Shown here in pieces: positions 12,588 through 24,424 of a stretch of 64,000 nucleotides of DNA. The stretch spans positions 1-64,000 of IMG/VR virus record IMGVR_UViG_3300049043_000244. One strand, given 5' to 3'. This DNA comes from a virus. Every line of letters begins with the position of its first letter. Positions within the stretch are counted from its first letter, which is position 1. A model generated the notes under the pieces. That model did not search any database, was not told where the DNA came from, and was given only the letters and a program-made list of their open reading frames with translations. Both the position numbers and the translations under genes were made by a program.

Positions 12588-12660
12588 CAACAAAACCCTC
12601 CCTAGGGAGGGTTTTGAGCACACGGAAGGGCGTTGTCGCTGGTGTCTTAGTATCACCAGT
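12588..12660 (-). ncRNA. Candidate sRNA of about 70 nt
   Basis: TTGCCT-N17-TAATAT (12665-12693), 5' hairpin CTGGTG/CACCAG, unpaired CCCTTCCGTGTG, then a terminator; no ORF. Confidence 0.4.
12591..12616. terminator. Intrinsic terminator
   Basis: Perfect 11 bp stem CAAAACCCTCC-CTAG-GGAGGGTTTTG. Confidence 0.75.
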
Positions 12661-12667
12661 TATTATA

Positions 12668-13277
12668 TTACCATTTAATTTCTTTCCAGGCAAGTTTTTC
12701 TTTTAATTCCTTTTGAAATACCATAAGATACCGATGTTTACGAAGCAATTCCGCCACTCACCATCAATACCTCTAATGCCTCCTCTAGAATGTTTAGATC
12801 CATCGGAATAATAAAAATCTTTTTTGGGATCGGTTAGCCCATAATATTTGAAATTGCAGCTTTGTATATAGTTCCGGTGTGACGATCAGAATCAGCGTAA
12901 CTGAGAATAGCAGAAACTTTGGTGTCTTTTCTAAACCTTTTAATGCATTTGCTCACAAACCATGAAGTAATATTGTATTCTTCTTTTTGAACTTCTGGGT
13001 CTATACACAAGCGAGAAAGTTCAAATAAACCTTCTTGTTCATTTCTTTGAAGACCAAATGCACCTACAGCTGTTTCTGGAACTGGGAGACCAGTAAAAAT
13101 GCAAACACCAAGACACCCGCCAATTCTAAGGGGACATTCCCAGTCAGGATATCGGAAAAGTCCATAGTTGTACCCAGATTTGAAATCTTTGGATTCGTCT
13201 TTTAAGTAATGATAAGTATAAAGAAGATCTTTAATTTCATCCTTACCAACTTTATCTATGTAAAAATCACTTTTCAT
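12668..13277 (-). CDS. Mom-like (GNAT-fold) DNA modification enzyme, frameshifted near the C-terminus
   Basis: Motifs YHYL, FELSRLC, SWFVS, ILSYAD..RHTGTIYKA.NF.Y.G and C-terminal KHRY match the Mu Mom family. Confidence 0.75.
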
Positions 13278-13301
13278 TTAGTATGATTACTTATTAATAT
13301 T

Positions 13302-13835
13302 TTAATTTTCTAACAAATTATTTTGTTGGCACCAATTAAAAACGTCGTTATATGTTAATCTCCCATCATGAAATCTAAGTGAAAACATATACCTAGGACT
13401 ATCAAAATTTATTACAGAATGTTCTATTGAAGTATTGTACAAATAAAAACTTTTTTCTTCAAATATTAATTCTTTGAATTTATATTGATATTTGCTCGAT
13501 TTTTCATCCGTTTTAAACATACTATGACTTACTCCAGAAGAAATTAACATATTAATTGCAACATCTCTTGGAGCATCAATGTGAAATTCATATCCAGTAT
13601 TTTTTTCTAAGATTATAAGTCCAGCAATAGATATTTTAAATTGTTGGTGTATTGTTTTAATAATAGGTTCTTTTAAAAAGTCATTTTCATCTATTACAAT
13701 AGATTGAAAATTATAGTAATACTCTAAATTTTCTCTTTCGTTATCTGAAAGATTATCAATTATTGAGTTACAATAATCATATAAAAATACCGACTTATTC
13801 TCTAATTTTTTATAATATAAATCCGTGTTGTTCAT
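13302..13835 (-). CDS. 2OG-Fe(II)/cupin-fold oxygenase-like protein
   Basis: HxD (FHID) ... YNTSIEHSVIN...RYMFSL. Confidence 0.6.
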   Translation of the reverse strand: MNNTDLYYKKLENKSVFLYDYCNSIIDNLSDNERENLEYYYNFQSIVIDENDFLKEPIIKTIHQQFKISIAGLIILEKNTGYEFHIDAPRDVAINMLISSGVSHSMFKTDEKSSKYQYKFKELIFEEKSFYLYNTSIEHSVINFDSPRYMFSLRFHDGRLTYNDVFNWCQQNNLLEN

Positions 13836-13853
13836 TGACCTTTCAATTACTTA

Positions 13854-13925
13854 AGCCCCGACTGGATTTGAACCAGCGACCAACGGTTTACAAAACCGTT
13901 GCTCTACCACTGAGCTAGCAAGGGC
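13854..13925 (-). tRNA. tRNA-Thr(TGT)
   Basis: D-arm GCTCAGTGGTAGAGC; anticodon arm ACGGT-TTTGTAA-ACCGT; T-loop GGTTCAAATCC. Confidence 0.92.
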
Positions 13926-13949
13926 AAATTTGTATAATATGTATACGAG

Positions 13950-14032
13950 TAGGAGCGGGGGGACTTGAACCCCACGGGCATACGCCCAACAGATTTTAAG
14001 TCTGGTGTGTCTACCGATTCCACCACGCTCCC
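13950..14032 (-). tRNA. tRNA-Leu(TAA)
   Basis: GGGAGCGTGGTGGAATCGGTAGACAC; anticodon arm CCAGA-CTTAAAA-TCTG; long variable arm GGGCGTATGCCC; GGTTCAAGTCC. Confidence 0.92.
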
Positions 14033-14041
14033 AAGAAAATC

Positions 14042-14252
14042 CTACTCTTGTTGATAGGTCATAGGATGATATTTCAAATACTCAAAGAATGTCAACTTCA
14101 TTTCTTTTTGAGTCATACCGCAATGTTTTGCGAGCTGCAGGTAAAGTCATTGTGCAGTTAAATAATCCTTCGTTAGCTTCACGAACATTTTCTGGAGTTG
14201 TTTTGATTTTATACTCGTAAAGATTTTTGTAACTAATTTTGAAAGGATTCAT
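14042..14252 (-). CDS. Hypothetical cyanophage protein
   Basis: MNPFKISYK...TTPENVREANEGLFNCTMTLPAAAKHCGMT after one indel correction. Confidence 0.6.
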
Positions 14253-14392
14253 ACTACATTGGTACGATTTCTAGATCTTGAACATTGAGTTTGGTCTTAA
14301 CATAAGACTCCCACCTCATTGCGTCTTCTATATTGTAGAACACCAGCTTCGTGCTTTGGCAACACCTTTTCTTGGGTTTCAGGTACTGAACC

Positions 14393-14569
14393 TTATACTT
14401 CATCTGCAATAACATCTCCACGAAGTTCTGCAAGTTTTGCAGTTGCAAGACATTCTACCGCAGTCCAGTAAACTTCACCACTCATGGGGAAAAAAGTATC
14501 TACAAAATGTTCTGCACAGTCTTCTTGAAATTCACGAAGTTCTTGCAAAGTTTCACGATCGATTTGCAT
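14393..14569 (-). CDS. Hypothetical protein, 58 aa (not in the ORF track)
   Basis: MQIDRETLQELREFQEDCAEHFVDTFFPMSGEVYWTAVECLATAKLAELRGDVIADEV*; follows a promoter. Confidence 0.65.
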   Translation of the reverse strand: MQIDRETLQELREFQEDCAEHFVDTFFPMSGEVYWTAVECLATAKLAELRGDVIADEV

Positions 14570-14595
14570 GTAAAAGTGGTAAAGACAACAACCTC

Positions 14596-14624
14596 ATCAT
14601 ACCAAGAAGTTTGGGAAATGTCAA
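14596..14624 (-). promoter_or_regulatory. sigma70-type early promoter for the small-gene/tRNA run
   Basis: TTGACA-N17-TATGAT. Confidence 0.7.
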
Positions 14625-14643
14625 TGAGATCCGTGACGGGTTT

Positions 14644-16306
14644 TCAAATGGTTGCAATTCCAACCGTGCTACTTGTAAATTTATTTTTTGTTATGTTTGT
14701 GGTCGGTTCAAATTCAGAAAAATCAAAAGCTGTAGTTTTGCAAGTTCATTGGTTAATCGAACAATTTCTGCATCTGCGGCGACTCTTCCTTGTAAAAATA
14801 CAAAAGCTTGTCCTTCTAGTTTATCTCTAAGATTTCTAAGACTTGAAGCCGCATTAAGAGTTTTGTCAATAATTGGTTGATTTCTTGCAAAAATTGCATC
14901 TCTAGAAATTTCTGCATTCGTTATAGTTGAATCTCTAGTTGAACAACCAGTAAAAGTAGGATTATTTGAACTCACAGAATAATATCCAATTCCATAATGG
15001 GACGGAATTGAAGATCCGGAGGATACCGTCACAGAATCTCCTAATGCAGCATATGCATCAGATTGTGACAGTAATACTCCTTCTGCATCGTAGTCATAGG
15101 TTATGACTTTAGGCCATTGAAAATTCCCAACATACCAATCTACAAATCCATTTCCACAAGCTGGCTCCGGATCATATGGACCAAGCACCTCTCTCCATTG
15201 AAATGGTCCGGATAGAGAAACATTTGGATGACTAACTCTGACTGCAGTATGTCCATACCCTATTGAACTATTGTTCATAATCGTTACAGTGACTGGATCT
15301 ATAGGATTATTTGTAGCATCAAATTGATCCAAAACCGTCTGTGTTTGTCTAATCACAGTAAAATTAGTATTTTCTGCAGAAAGATCGAACCTCAGTACTA
15401 AGAAAAAACGCTTGATATGTACTTGTAATTCCTATTGCAAAGTTAGCACTGGTTGTTGCAAAGCTGGTCGGCTTATCACTAAAGCCGGAACTGAAATTGA
15501 AGTGGTAATAAAATCACCGACATCAAAATCAAATATTTCAATCAAAGTATTTGCAGTATTAATTCCTACTATCGTAGTATTATCAGATAAAACACTGGTG
15601 CCTATAATTCGACTTCCTATAGCAATGTTGTTGGTTGAACCAATTCCTGTTTGTGCGATAATTGTTGATCCTATGGTGACATTTCCACCAAACATTTGAG
15701 TATCAATAGTTAAGGTACTTTGTCCAAAACCAACAATTGTCGGAAGATCATCCACTCCGAATGTAGTTGGGTTTTCAAGATCATCGGTAAGAATATCTCC
15801 AAGCAATATTCCAGCGGTTCCTGCAATTCCAGTTTGAACAATTGATATGATTGTACTTCCCACACTAATGGTTCCAAAAAATTCCGAAACAATGTTGGAA
15901 CCATAATCTTGATTTTTTGGCCTTCTATAGTACTTTATTCCTGTTCTACCATATTTTTGATACAAAGCTGAATTTTTTTGAACCTGATAAATGGTTCTAG
16001 TTTCTTCAGTATCTCCATATTCTCCAGGAAGAATAATCACATATTGTCCGGTTTGAACCCAAACCAAATCACTTCTACATCCTGCGGTGATTCTATCCTC
16101 ATATGCGGTTTCAACTGTAGAAATAGCAACATTAATTTCATTTATCAGTGGAAAGAGGGATTTGTCCATGTTTTCAATGAGTGCATCATAACGATCTATT
16201 CTCACATCATATAATGCAAGTTGCTCCATTAATTGAGTCTCTCTTTCTTTTTGAATTCTATTTCTTCTTTTAACTCTGTAATAAAAATAGTAGATACACC
16301 AGCCAT
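14644..16306 (-). CDS. Virion structural protein (frameshifted)
   Basis: G/S/T-rich beta segments (GIGST) between coiled coils; ORFs 15432..16328 and 14691..15356. Confidence 0.55.
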
Positions 16307-16324
16307 AACTAATTAATACTACGA

Positions 16325-17254
16325 TCAAAGGTACTGTTTAATTTTATTTATGAGAATATTTTCAGGGCTAAACCAAAATCTGTATTCATCATTATTTCCT
16401 GGATAATCTTTGTACGTTGTGCCCATATACTCTATAATATTTCTGGGAGTATCTTTTCTTTCCGCAAATACCTTATAATAACAATGAATGTCGTTATCCG
16501 AATCATTTGAAACCATAATTTCTTTCCCACATTTGGAGATATTATAATATAATTTTTGATGATTTCCAATTGGAGTTAATGTAACCTGAATTGTTTCTTT
16601 ATTTACTAGTCCCTCCCAATAATCAGGCAGTCTTATTGTATGTTCATTTTTAATAATTCCTTTAACAAAAACATCAGTTGTTGAGCCTTCTGTGCAAACA
16701 TAACGAAGTCTCCATCCTTTTTTTGTGGGGTGTGAAATATCAAAGTTTGGAGAACCGATGGGTTTTAATGAGTCCCAGGCATGCAATAAAATTTGCATTC
16801 ATTCCTGTAGTTGGACTCATATTTCCGACCCATACAGATGCGTTAAATAATGGAGTTTCTTTGAATGCCTTGAGAATAGTCTGGGACCTTGTGTAGTTTG
16901 TACCGCTGCTTTTGCACTATATGCAGTTGTTGCAGAAAATGCCATTTTTATGTCAGCACCAGTTTTATTTGAAAATCCAAATATATTAACTAAACCAGAC
17001 CTATTAAAAATACCAATTTGATTGTTAATCGCTGGTATGTTAGCGATTCCAATAACTTGTAAAGAAATTGGTCCTCCAATTTCGGGACCAATCATACAAT
17101 TGGCAACAGGAATTGGTGGACCGCCGGCACCAATCCATACGGGCCCATTCAAAACACTAGTTCCTGGTATAGCAGGAACAGCAGGCGAAAAAGAATAATC
17201 TATCGAACCTACCGAAAGTTTATCGCCAATATATTTTACGGGTTCTGCAGGCAT
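16325..17254 (-). CDS. Baseplate spike-associated protein, paralogue B
   Basis: MPAEPVKYIGDKL...; C-terminal FDISHPTKKGWRLRYVCTEG...LPDYWEGLV domain. Confidence 0.6.
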
Positions 17255-17259
17255 AATAA

Positions 17260-18134
17260 TTACAAAGTGAACAACCCATATTGAGCATTATCTCCAGGAT
17301 AATCTTTCACAGAAGACCCTTCATATTCGGCAATATTTTTATCAACATCTTTTCTTTCCCAAAAATAAGATAACTATATTTTTTAACTTCTCCCAAATTA
17401 TTAGAAACTTTTACTTTTGTCCAGCGTTCTAATACTTCCGCAGAGAGTTCTTGATATTTTCCAATTGGAGTCAAACTTACTGTAATTGTTTCGGAATGAA
17501 CCAATCCAGACCAATATTCCTGGCAATTCAATGATATTTGTATTTTCCAATACACCCCTTACATAAACATCTGCAGTTGGGCCTTCAACACAAACATGTC
17601 TCAATCTCCAACCCTCTTTTGTTGGATGTTTAATGTCAAATGGTTTTTTTGTAGCTAATGCTGCACGCTTGTGTTGGATTAATTCCAGTGGTTGCCGAAA
17701 CATTTCCCGTAATGATTGCAGCTTTCCTAAAGGAGTTTCTGCAAATGCTTGAGAATAATTTGGGTACCGCTGTGGTTTGTACAGACAGCTTTTCCGCTAT
17801 TCCCGTTGTCGCAGAAAAAGCAGCTTTGTACTTGCACCAAACTTAGAAGTAAATCCAGTTATATTTGCAAGGCCGCTTCTATTATTCACTCCAATTTGAT
17901 TTGTAATTGAAATAAAATTAGCAATTCCAATAACTTGTAAAGAAATTGGTCCTCCAATTCCAGGACCAATCATGCAATTTGCTGTAGGAATTGGTGGCCG
18001 ACCGGCACCAATCCATGCGGTCCCATTTAATACTGTTGTACCAGGTACTGGCAGGAACGGCGGGAAGAAAGGAATAATCTATTGGACCTACTGCCAGTTT
18101 ATCGCCAGATATATTTTACGGGTTCTGCAGGCAT
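17260..18134 (-). CDS. Baseplate spike-associated protein, paralogue A
   Basis: Same N-terminus; C-terminal FDIKHPTKEGWRLRHVCVEG...YWSGLV. Confidence 0.6.
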
Positions 18135-18147
18135 ATTTCACCTCTCA

Positions 18148-18700
18148 TTATGAATCTAACCATTTCTGGAATTTTTTAGCGATACTTAAAAGCCTAGTCA
18201 AGAGAGATCCCTCGCTATCTTCTGCACCAGATGTTTGGCTGTTTTGTATATTACCAGTGGTATCTGTTGCTCGAGCTCCAACAGACACACTATTTGACAT
18301 AACTGCATTTAAATTGCTACCTTTCAATGATTGGACGGGGGCATTCACTGAAAAATGCTTTCCAGAAACAACCGTCACTTCTCCAGCACCATCCAAAGCA
18401 ACAATTCCTGATATTTTTTCCCTTAAGAATTATATCGCCGTCTAGTGCTTCAATATGAATGTTACCTCGTACTGCCTCTTATGACTTTGGCAGCTTCCCC
18501 TCTACGCCATCTACACCGGAAATTTCGTAGGAAGTTCCATTGCATACTTGTGTATGTTCTCCATCAGTTGTAAACTGAAATCCCTGGCAGTGATCAGTAA
18601 ACATTGCATAATCGGTTTCTCTTCCGTATGCATCTGGTGTTCCAGATTTAATTATAAATCCTGGTTTTTTATCGTAATACTCTTTTGGTTGTTCTGCCAT
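18148..18700 (-). CDS. gp5 C-terminal-like (beta-helix) protein
   Basis: GNIHIEALDGDIILKGKNI-type repeats; directly downstream of gp5. Confidence 0.5.
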
Positions 18701-18703
18701 GTT

Positions 18704-20977
18704 TTACACACAATCTACTACATTTACGATAAGAGCTGATGCCGATGTTTTGTGCATTTAGATCTGGATTGTCAACAATAAATTGTGGTACAAATTGAAG
18801 AACTGGATAGAGAGCGGCACCTTCTCCTGTTGTTGTATTTATAGTCACTGTTGGAACAAACTTAAAAGTTTCTCCGCCTTGACCCGTTATTGGTGTTTGT
18901 CCAGCTCTGATTTTCACTTCCTTGTAAAATAAACGGCGGAAATTCTACACCAATAATAGATCCATTTTCAGTTAAAACTGGTTCATAAAAAGTATCACCA
19001 ACCTGTATGGTGTCTCCAGAAGTGTATCCAAGACCAGGAGTTCCTATCACCAAATTGGTATTGATTCCTACAACAACAGGAGATAAATTTCTATCACCAA
19101 TATCTAAACATGGAGGCAATCCTGGAGTTCCGAGCTCCACCTCCGCCTAGTTTCTTCTGTTAAATTGGTCTGACAATATCCACTTCCAGGATTCAGGACA
19201 TAAATTGATTCTATACTACCATTAGAAATAGTGGCTTTGCTTAACTCCTTTACCATAATTAGTATTATCTACGATCCTTATTTCTGGTGGATATGTGTAT
19301 CCACTTCCGGGATCACACAGTAAAAATGTTACAACGGAGACCATCTACTTCGGAAATAACAGCTTCAGCTGTCGCACCAATACCGTCACCATTAATTTTT
19401 ACTTCCGGTGGAATGCAATTATAAAATTTAACTCCTAGTGGCATCGGAACAAGGTCATCTTGATTTTGAGGATTTACAATTTGTTTCCTACAATTTTGAA
19501 ATGGAGTATCTGATGATCCAAAAGACGATAGATAACCCAAAGCTGATTAGCATTACCCAATCCACTTAAAATATCCATATTTGCAAGAACATTGTTCCAA
19601 CTATCTAAAGCAGGAAAACTTAATCCATTGTAAGGATGCCATGAACTGGTTGTTCTACATTGCAAAGAGTCGCAACTTAAGAAACTTAAAATTTGACTAA
19701 TTAAATCCAATCCAGATGTTAATGCGGAATGCAATTGAACTAATTCCATTTGCTAACCAATCTAGTCCAGACAAAAGACTGCCAAAGCGTTATCTACCAT
19801 GTCGGCTGAATTTGTTTACCAAGACCGCGGTAATTTCCTCTACTGCACATAATGGTATATTTGGTCCCTTACCTATAAGTCCATTCAAAAGACCCATGAG
19901 AAAATCCATAAGAGGTCCAAATAGTTTTTCAAATAAGCAAAAAATTAAATTTAAAATATTTTTAGCAGCTTCAGAAAATGGGAAGTTTAATTGAAGATGG
20001 TAACGTTATTGAAAGAAGTTTAAATAATTTTCCAATTAATTTAAACATACCATCTCGCATTCCATTAATCACAAATTTCATAATGGATGCGACAAGTCTG
20101 GCAGTTGATCTGACATTTTGTTGAACATCAACAATTACGTTTCTAACAGGATCTATAAATCCGAGAGCAGTTTTTTCAAGTCCATTAATTGTTTTTACAA
20201 AACTCTGTAAAGATGCTGTTATTTGACTGAGTACATCATTCCCACAACCATTCTCATTTTTTACTGGAGGTTGTTTATCAACCACTGACATAAATGCAGT
20301 TTCTCCCATTTCATCATAATATAATTGATCCGGAGTGATTATTGGTTTTCCAAAGTTTGCTCCGGCTTTATTGTTGGTGTTTGGGGAAAGTGGGACAAAT
20401 CCTGGACTTAAATCTAAACTTTTTAAATTTGTTCCAAATTGTGCGTTAGCAAACATTTCAAATTGTGGGTCATTTCCAAATTTTTCTTCTATCTCTTTTG
20501 TCGTACCATCTTGTTGTCTTTTATTTCTGGTTCTTTGATTTTTTCCAGTTAAATTTCCTTGTGCTCCCGGAAAAGGATCAAATGGATTTGGATTGGGTAC
20601 ATTTTCAACTATCGGACTTCGATGAAAACAACCCATTACAACAGGTTGTTGTGCTTCTTCTCCATCTAAGAAAAACCCGACTACAGATTCTCCACCAACC
20701 AAAAGAGGTAATTTTCCAAATCCTCCTTGAGTCAGAGCTCCATCCGATGCACTCGTCAACACATCAGTCCAAGGCAAATCATCATCTTTTAATTCATTTC
20801 TATCAAAACTGTGATATCCAATAATTCTTACTTTACACCTATATGACCATGCGGATTTCCCTTCATCAATCCGAGTTTTTTCATTACGCCAAACTTTTGG
20901 ATCAGCAACTTGTCCAATCCACCAAATGAATCCGTCTCTGCCTAAAAAATTTGATTTTACGAAAGCTCGTCTATCAT
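18704..20977 (-). CDS. gp5: Baseplate hub/spike gp5-like protein (OB-fold, no lysozyme domain seen)
   Basis: FLGRDGFIWWIGQV...RCKVRIIGYH...LPW...GESVVGFFLDGEEAQQPVVMG. Confidence 0.8.
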
Positions 20978-21189
20978 CAGTCTTCGTAAATTTTACATTC
21001 TGCAGCGTCTGGATGCGAATCACAATAAAGTTCCAAAGAAGTTGGATCGTGATCATCATCTGGATGATTTAATTTATATGCTCGTAATGCCTCAAGTTCT
21101 TCTTGAGTATGTCTTCTCGCTTGAGGAGAAGTCACAGGATTGTCAAGAATTTCTTGATCTCTTGCAATGTGTGCGTCGATGTTATTCAT
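20977..21189 (-). CDS. cp12: CP12, Calvin cycle inhibitor (phage type, C-terminal Cys pair only)
   Basis: 70 aa ending LELYCDSHPDAAECKIYED. Confidence 0.9.
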   Translation of the reverse strand: MNNIDAHIARDQEILDNPVTSPQARRHTQEELEALRAYKLNHPDDDHDPTSLELYCDSHPDAAECKIYED

Positions 21190-22483
21190 TGGTTTGCTCC
21201 ATATAATCCGTAGGAGTCTCTAACGAGTTTAAGTGATGATACCATTTGTCCGCTCTCAAAATGATGTCTGATTTCTTTAATTAAATAATTTCCACTTTGT
21301 TCAGGATCAACCTCGACTGATTGAGATGCATCAACTCTTTGAAATTGTGCATAAACAATACTTCCAGCTTGTTAAGTTAACGTTCATAGGTACTACCATA
21401 TTTAGTGCCTGAGTGAACAACAAGTTATAACGAGAAAAGCTTTGCCATGTCAGTATTGTCTCTTCCAGAATCTTCTGTTTTACCCGTTTTATCTAGTATA
21501 CCAACATCGGTGTGATCTAAAAAGAATTCTAGATGGTCTATTACCAAACTGTGTGGGGTATTGAAGTCCACGAAGCCACCAAGTTTAGATTTTATTTCTG
21601 AGTTTAAACTATAAGTAATACCATCAATTCTATTTTCATATAGGTCATAAAAATATGTAATATTTGCATACATTCCAACTCTCAAAGATTTCATCAAATC
21701 AATATTTTTTTCAAAGTTATAATTTAAAATACTAAAATTTGATTCTATGTTTTCTGATTCAATAACTCCAGGATTGTAATTATATTTGGGTATTGATTCT
21801 TTTGCTGTACTAGAAATTTGAGTTTTTGTTGCAGAAACCAATGTGTCAATACTTCTAAAATGAAATCCATCTTTGTTTTCGTAGAATAAAAATCCTGCAA
21901 CACCCCTTGCAGTCCTTCCATTATTTCCTGACGATGATGTTGATGGAATTCCTTTTGGGCCCAACCAAGTTAAAATGTGAAAAGGCTTTTTAAGAGTTCC
22001 AATAAAACTGTATGAGTTAGATGTTTTTTCAATATTATCACTTTTAAATTTTTTTGTTTTTAGAACATCTCGGAGTATTGCAGTAACATGATCATTGATA
22101 GGCTTTTTTCATATTTTCTTTGAACCCTTGCAGTTTCATTTGTAAGAGTCTCTAGAACACAAATGAAGAGTGAAAAACTCTTTGGCACCATCCGAAACAA
22201 TTCCACTGACTTTGTAAACATACATTGCATAGTCACCATCCAATTTAAAATTCCCACTCAAGGTTTCAATGTCGATGGCAACTTTCTCTCCTCCACGAAT
22301 TGGAAGACTATTAAATATTGAATAAGTTGATGCAACTTGAATCGTCATTGTCACACATGGAGACAAGATATCTTCAAAATAATCACAAAAAACAATAGAA
22401 TTTGTTAAATCAATCTTATTCTTTGTTTCCAAAGATTCAATTATTACCTCATTGTATTGTAATGTAGTTACCGCATTGGACAT
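21186..22483 (-). CDS. Baseplate hub protein (gp27-like), frameshifted
   Basis: DYFEDILSPCVT...LPIRGGEKV; GFLFYENKDGFHFRSID; ends LVRDSYG. Confidence 0.65.
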
Positions 22484-22484
22484 A

Positions 22485-24421
22485 TTACGTTCCCGATAAG
22501 TTCGTTAATAATATGGTTTTAAATAAACTATTTAACACCTGACCTTCAGGAATTGGTGGCATGATTGTTGTTCCTCCACCGCCACCTCTCCAGCAATAAC
22601 TATGGGTCTCTGTTGGGATCCCCCACCACCCATAAGAATTGGCATTAAAGTTATACTTGATTGAGGCAAATCGTAATCGGGATATCGTTCAATTTGTTCT
22701 GGCACATGTTGTTGAATTGATGGAACCGGAACAACCGTTGAAATTGGTTGTTGTTGCAGTACTCATTGGTTTTTCTTTTAACTTCATTTCATTCCAATCA
22801 TATCCTTTTGACTGAGTCCATGTTTTTGCTGTTGTTGTTGTTCCGAACTCATCTGTTCCCAAGTAGATTCAATTCTTCCTCTCGCAAGAGGATTATTTCT
22901 ATACTGCCATGCCATCTCATATTTTTTGACCATATCATCACTCTGGCAGTTGAGTTGTGGGATGCGTTTTGGGTTTTTCTGGTTGAGTTTTTTGTTCCGA
23001 TGGAGCGGGTCTGACCCGCTATGTTTTGTTGTGGTTTGGCTTTAGGTTTAACCTTTACACTTCCACCAAATCTGAAAATTTTATCTTGATATGGAGTTGG
23101 GTCTGTTGTCTTATCTCCAACATCGACTTCAAAATGCAAATGTGGCCTGTGGAGTGCCAGTGCTTCCTACTTTTCCAATTACCGTGCCTGGTGCAATATC
23201 TTGTCCTGCATTAACATTAACTGAACTTAAATGTGCATAAAAACTACTTATTCCACCCGGATGATCAACTTTTACTTGATTTCCATATCCATTATTCACA
23301 AATCCAGCATTTGCAACTTTTCCCGGTTGAATTACACTAACATCTGTTCCCAATTGGCATCGGGTAATCATTTCCTCTGTGCATTCTATTGACTTTATAA
23401 ATTGGGTGAAATCTCATTCCATACTTAGAACCCAACTTTGAACTGGAAAGATCCACCAGAAGATTCAAACTCTTGCACAGTGCCGCTAAGATTACTTGAG
23501 GTTGTATCACGAGTCTCCATAATTACTATCATCTTCCATTATTTCTTCACTTACCTGTTCATAACTAGTATCAGATACGGATCCAAAAACTCCAAGTGAC
23601 ACGGATTGTTCAAATTTAGTAACGACAGAATCAAATTTGTTTAATACTTCTGGTAATGTTGTTGTCGTTTTAGTTACAGTCAGGCCTTTTGTTTTTTCTC
23701 TTGTTCTTTAAGTTTTATTTTTGTTTTCTCTTGTACACTTCCTTCTCCAGTTGCTTTTTCGTATGCTCTATCAGTTAAATAACCACCAGCAAAACTCCCT
23801 AAAGTACCAACCAGCTGCTCCTAATACAAAACCAAGTCCAGGTATAGGAACTAATGCTTGCCCAATTGCTCCAGCTCAACGCTGCTCCTGCAAGTCCACC
23901 TGCTGCTGCACCAGCAGCTGCACCTCCTGCACCTGCAGCTGCTTTACCTGTAGATTCTCCTTGTGAAATGCCCTCTGCAAAATCTAATCCAGTTAAACTG
24001 CAGATAGAATTGGCAATCCTCTGACTCCAGGAAGTCTAATTCTTTTTCCTTTTGGAATTGGTTTTCCTGGTTTTGATTTGGGTTTGGGCCTTTCTCTTCT
24101 TCTTCCTCCGCCACCACCAAATAAATTACCAACCAAACCCGCGACATCTAATGCACCACTACAGCTAAACTGGAGAGTAAACTTCCAGCAGAACCAAAAG
24201 TTGAGCTGACATTAATATTGGCCAATCTTTTTATTTTCTTTTGATCTGGAACTTAATTGCTTCAAGATTTTTTACTTCAACAGTCATAAATCTTAAAAAC
24301 TCATTATATGATCTTTGTGTAGATCTCATTTGAGTTTTAGAACGAGTGATGTTGACAATATTATTGAAAGTGTAGATACTAAAGGTGATTTTAGTGGAGT
24401 ATCTTTCTTTGGAGCAGCCAT
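22485..24421 (-). CDS. Tail-associated protein with M23 peptidase domain
   Basis: GYGNQVKVDH...YAHLSSVNV...VIGKVGSTG..TGPHLHFEV. Confidence 0.7.
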
Positions 24422-24424
24422 ATA

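Noticed and set aside
16325-18134. Diversity-generating retroelement TR/VR pair
   Set aside because: Differences between the copies are not adenine-specific, both are full genes, and no reverse transcriptase is in the window.
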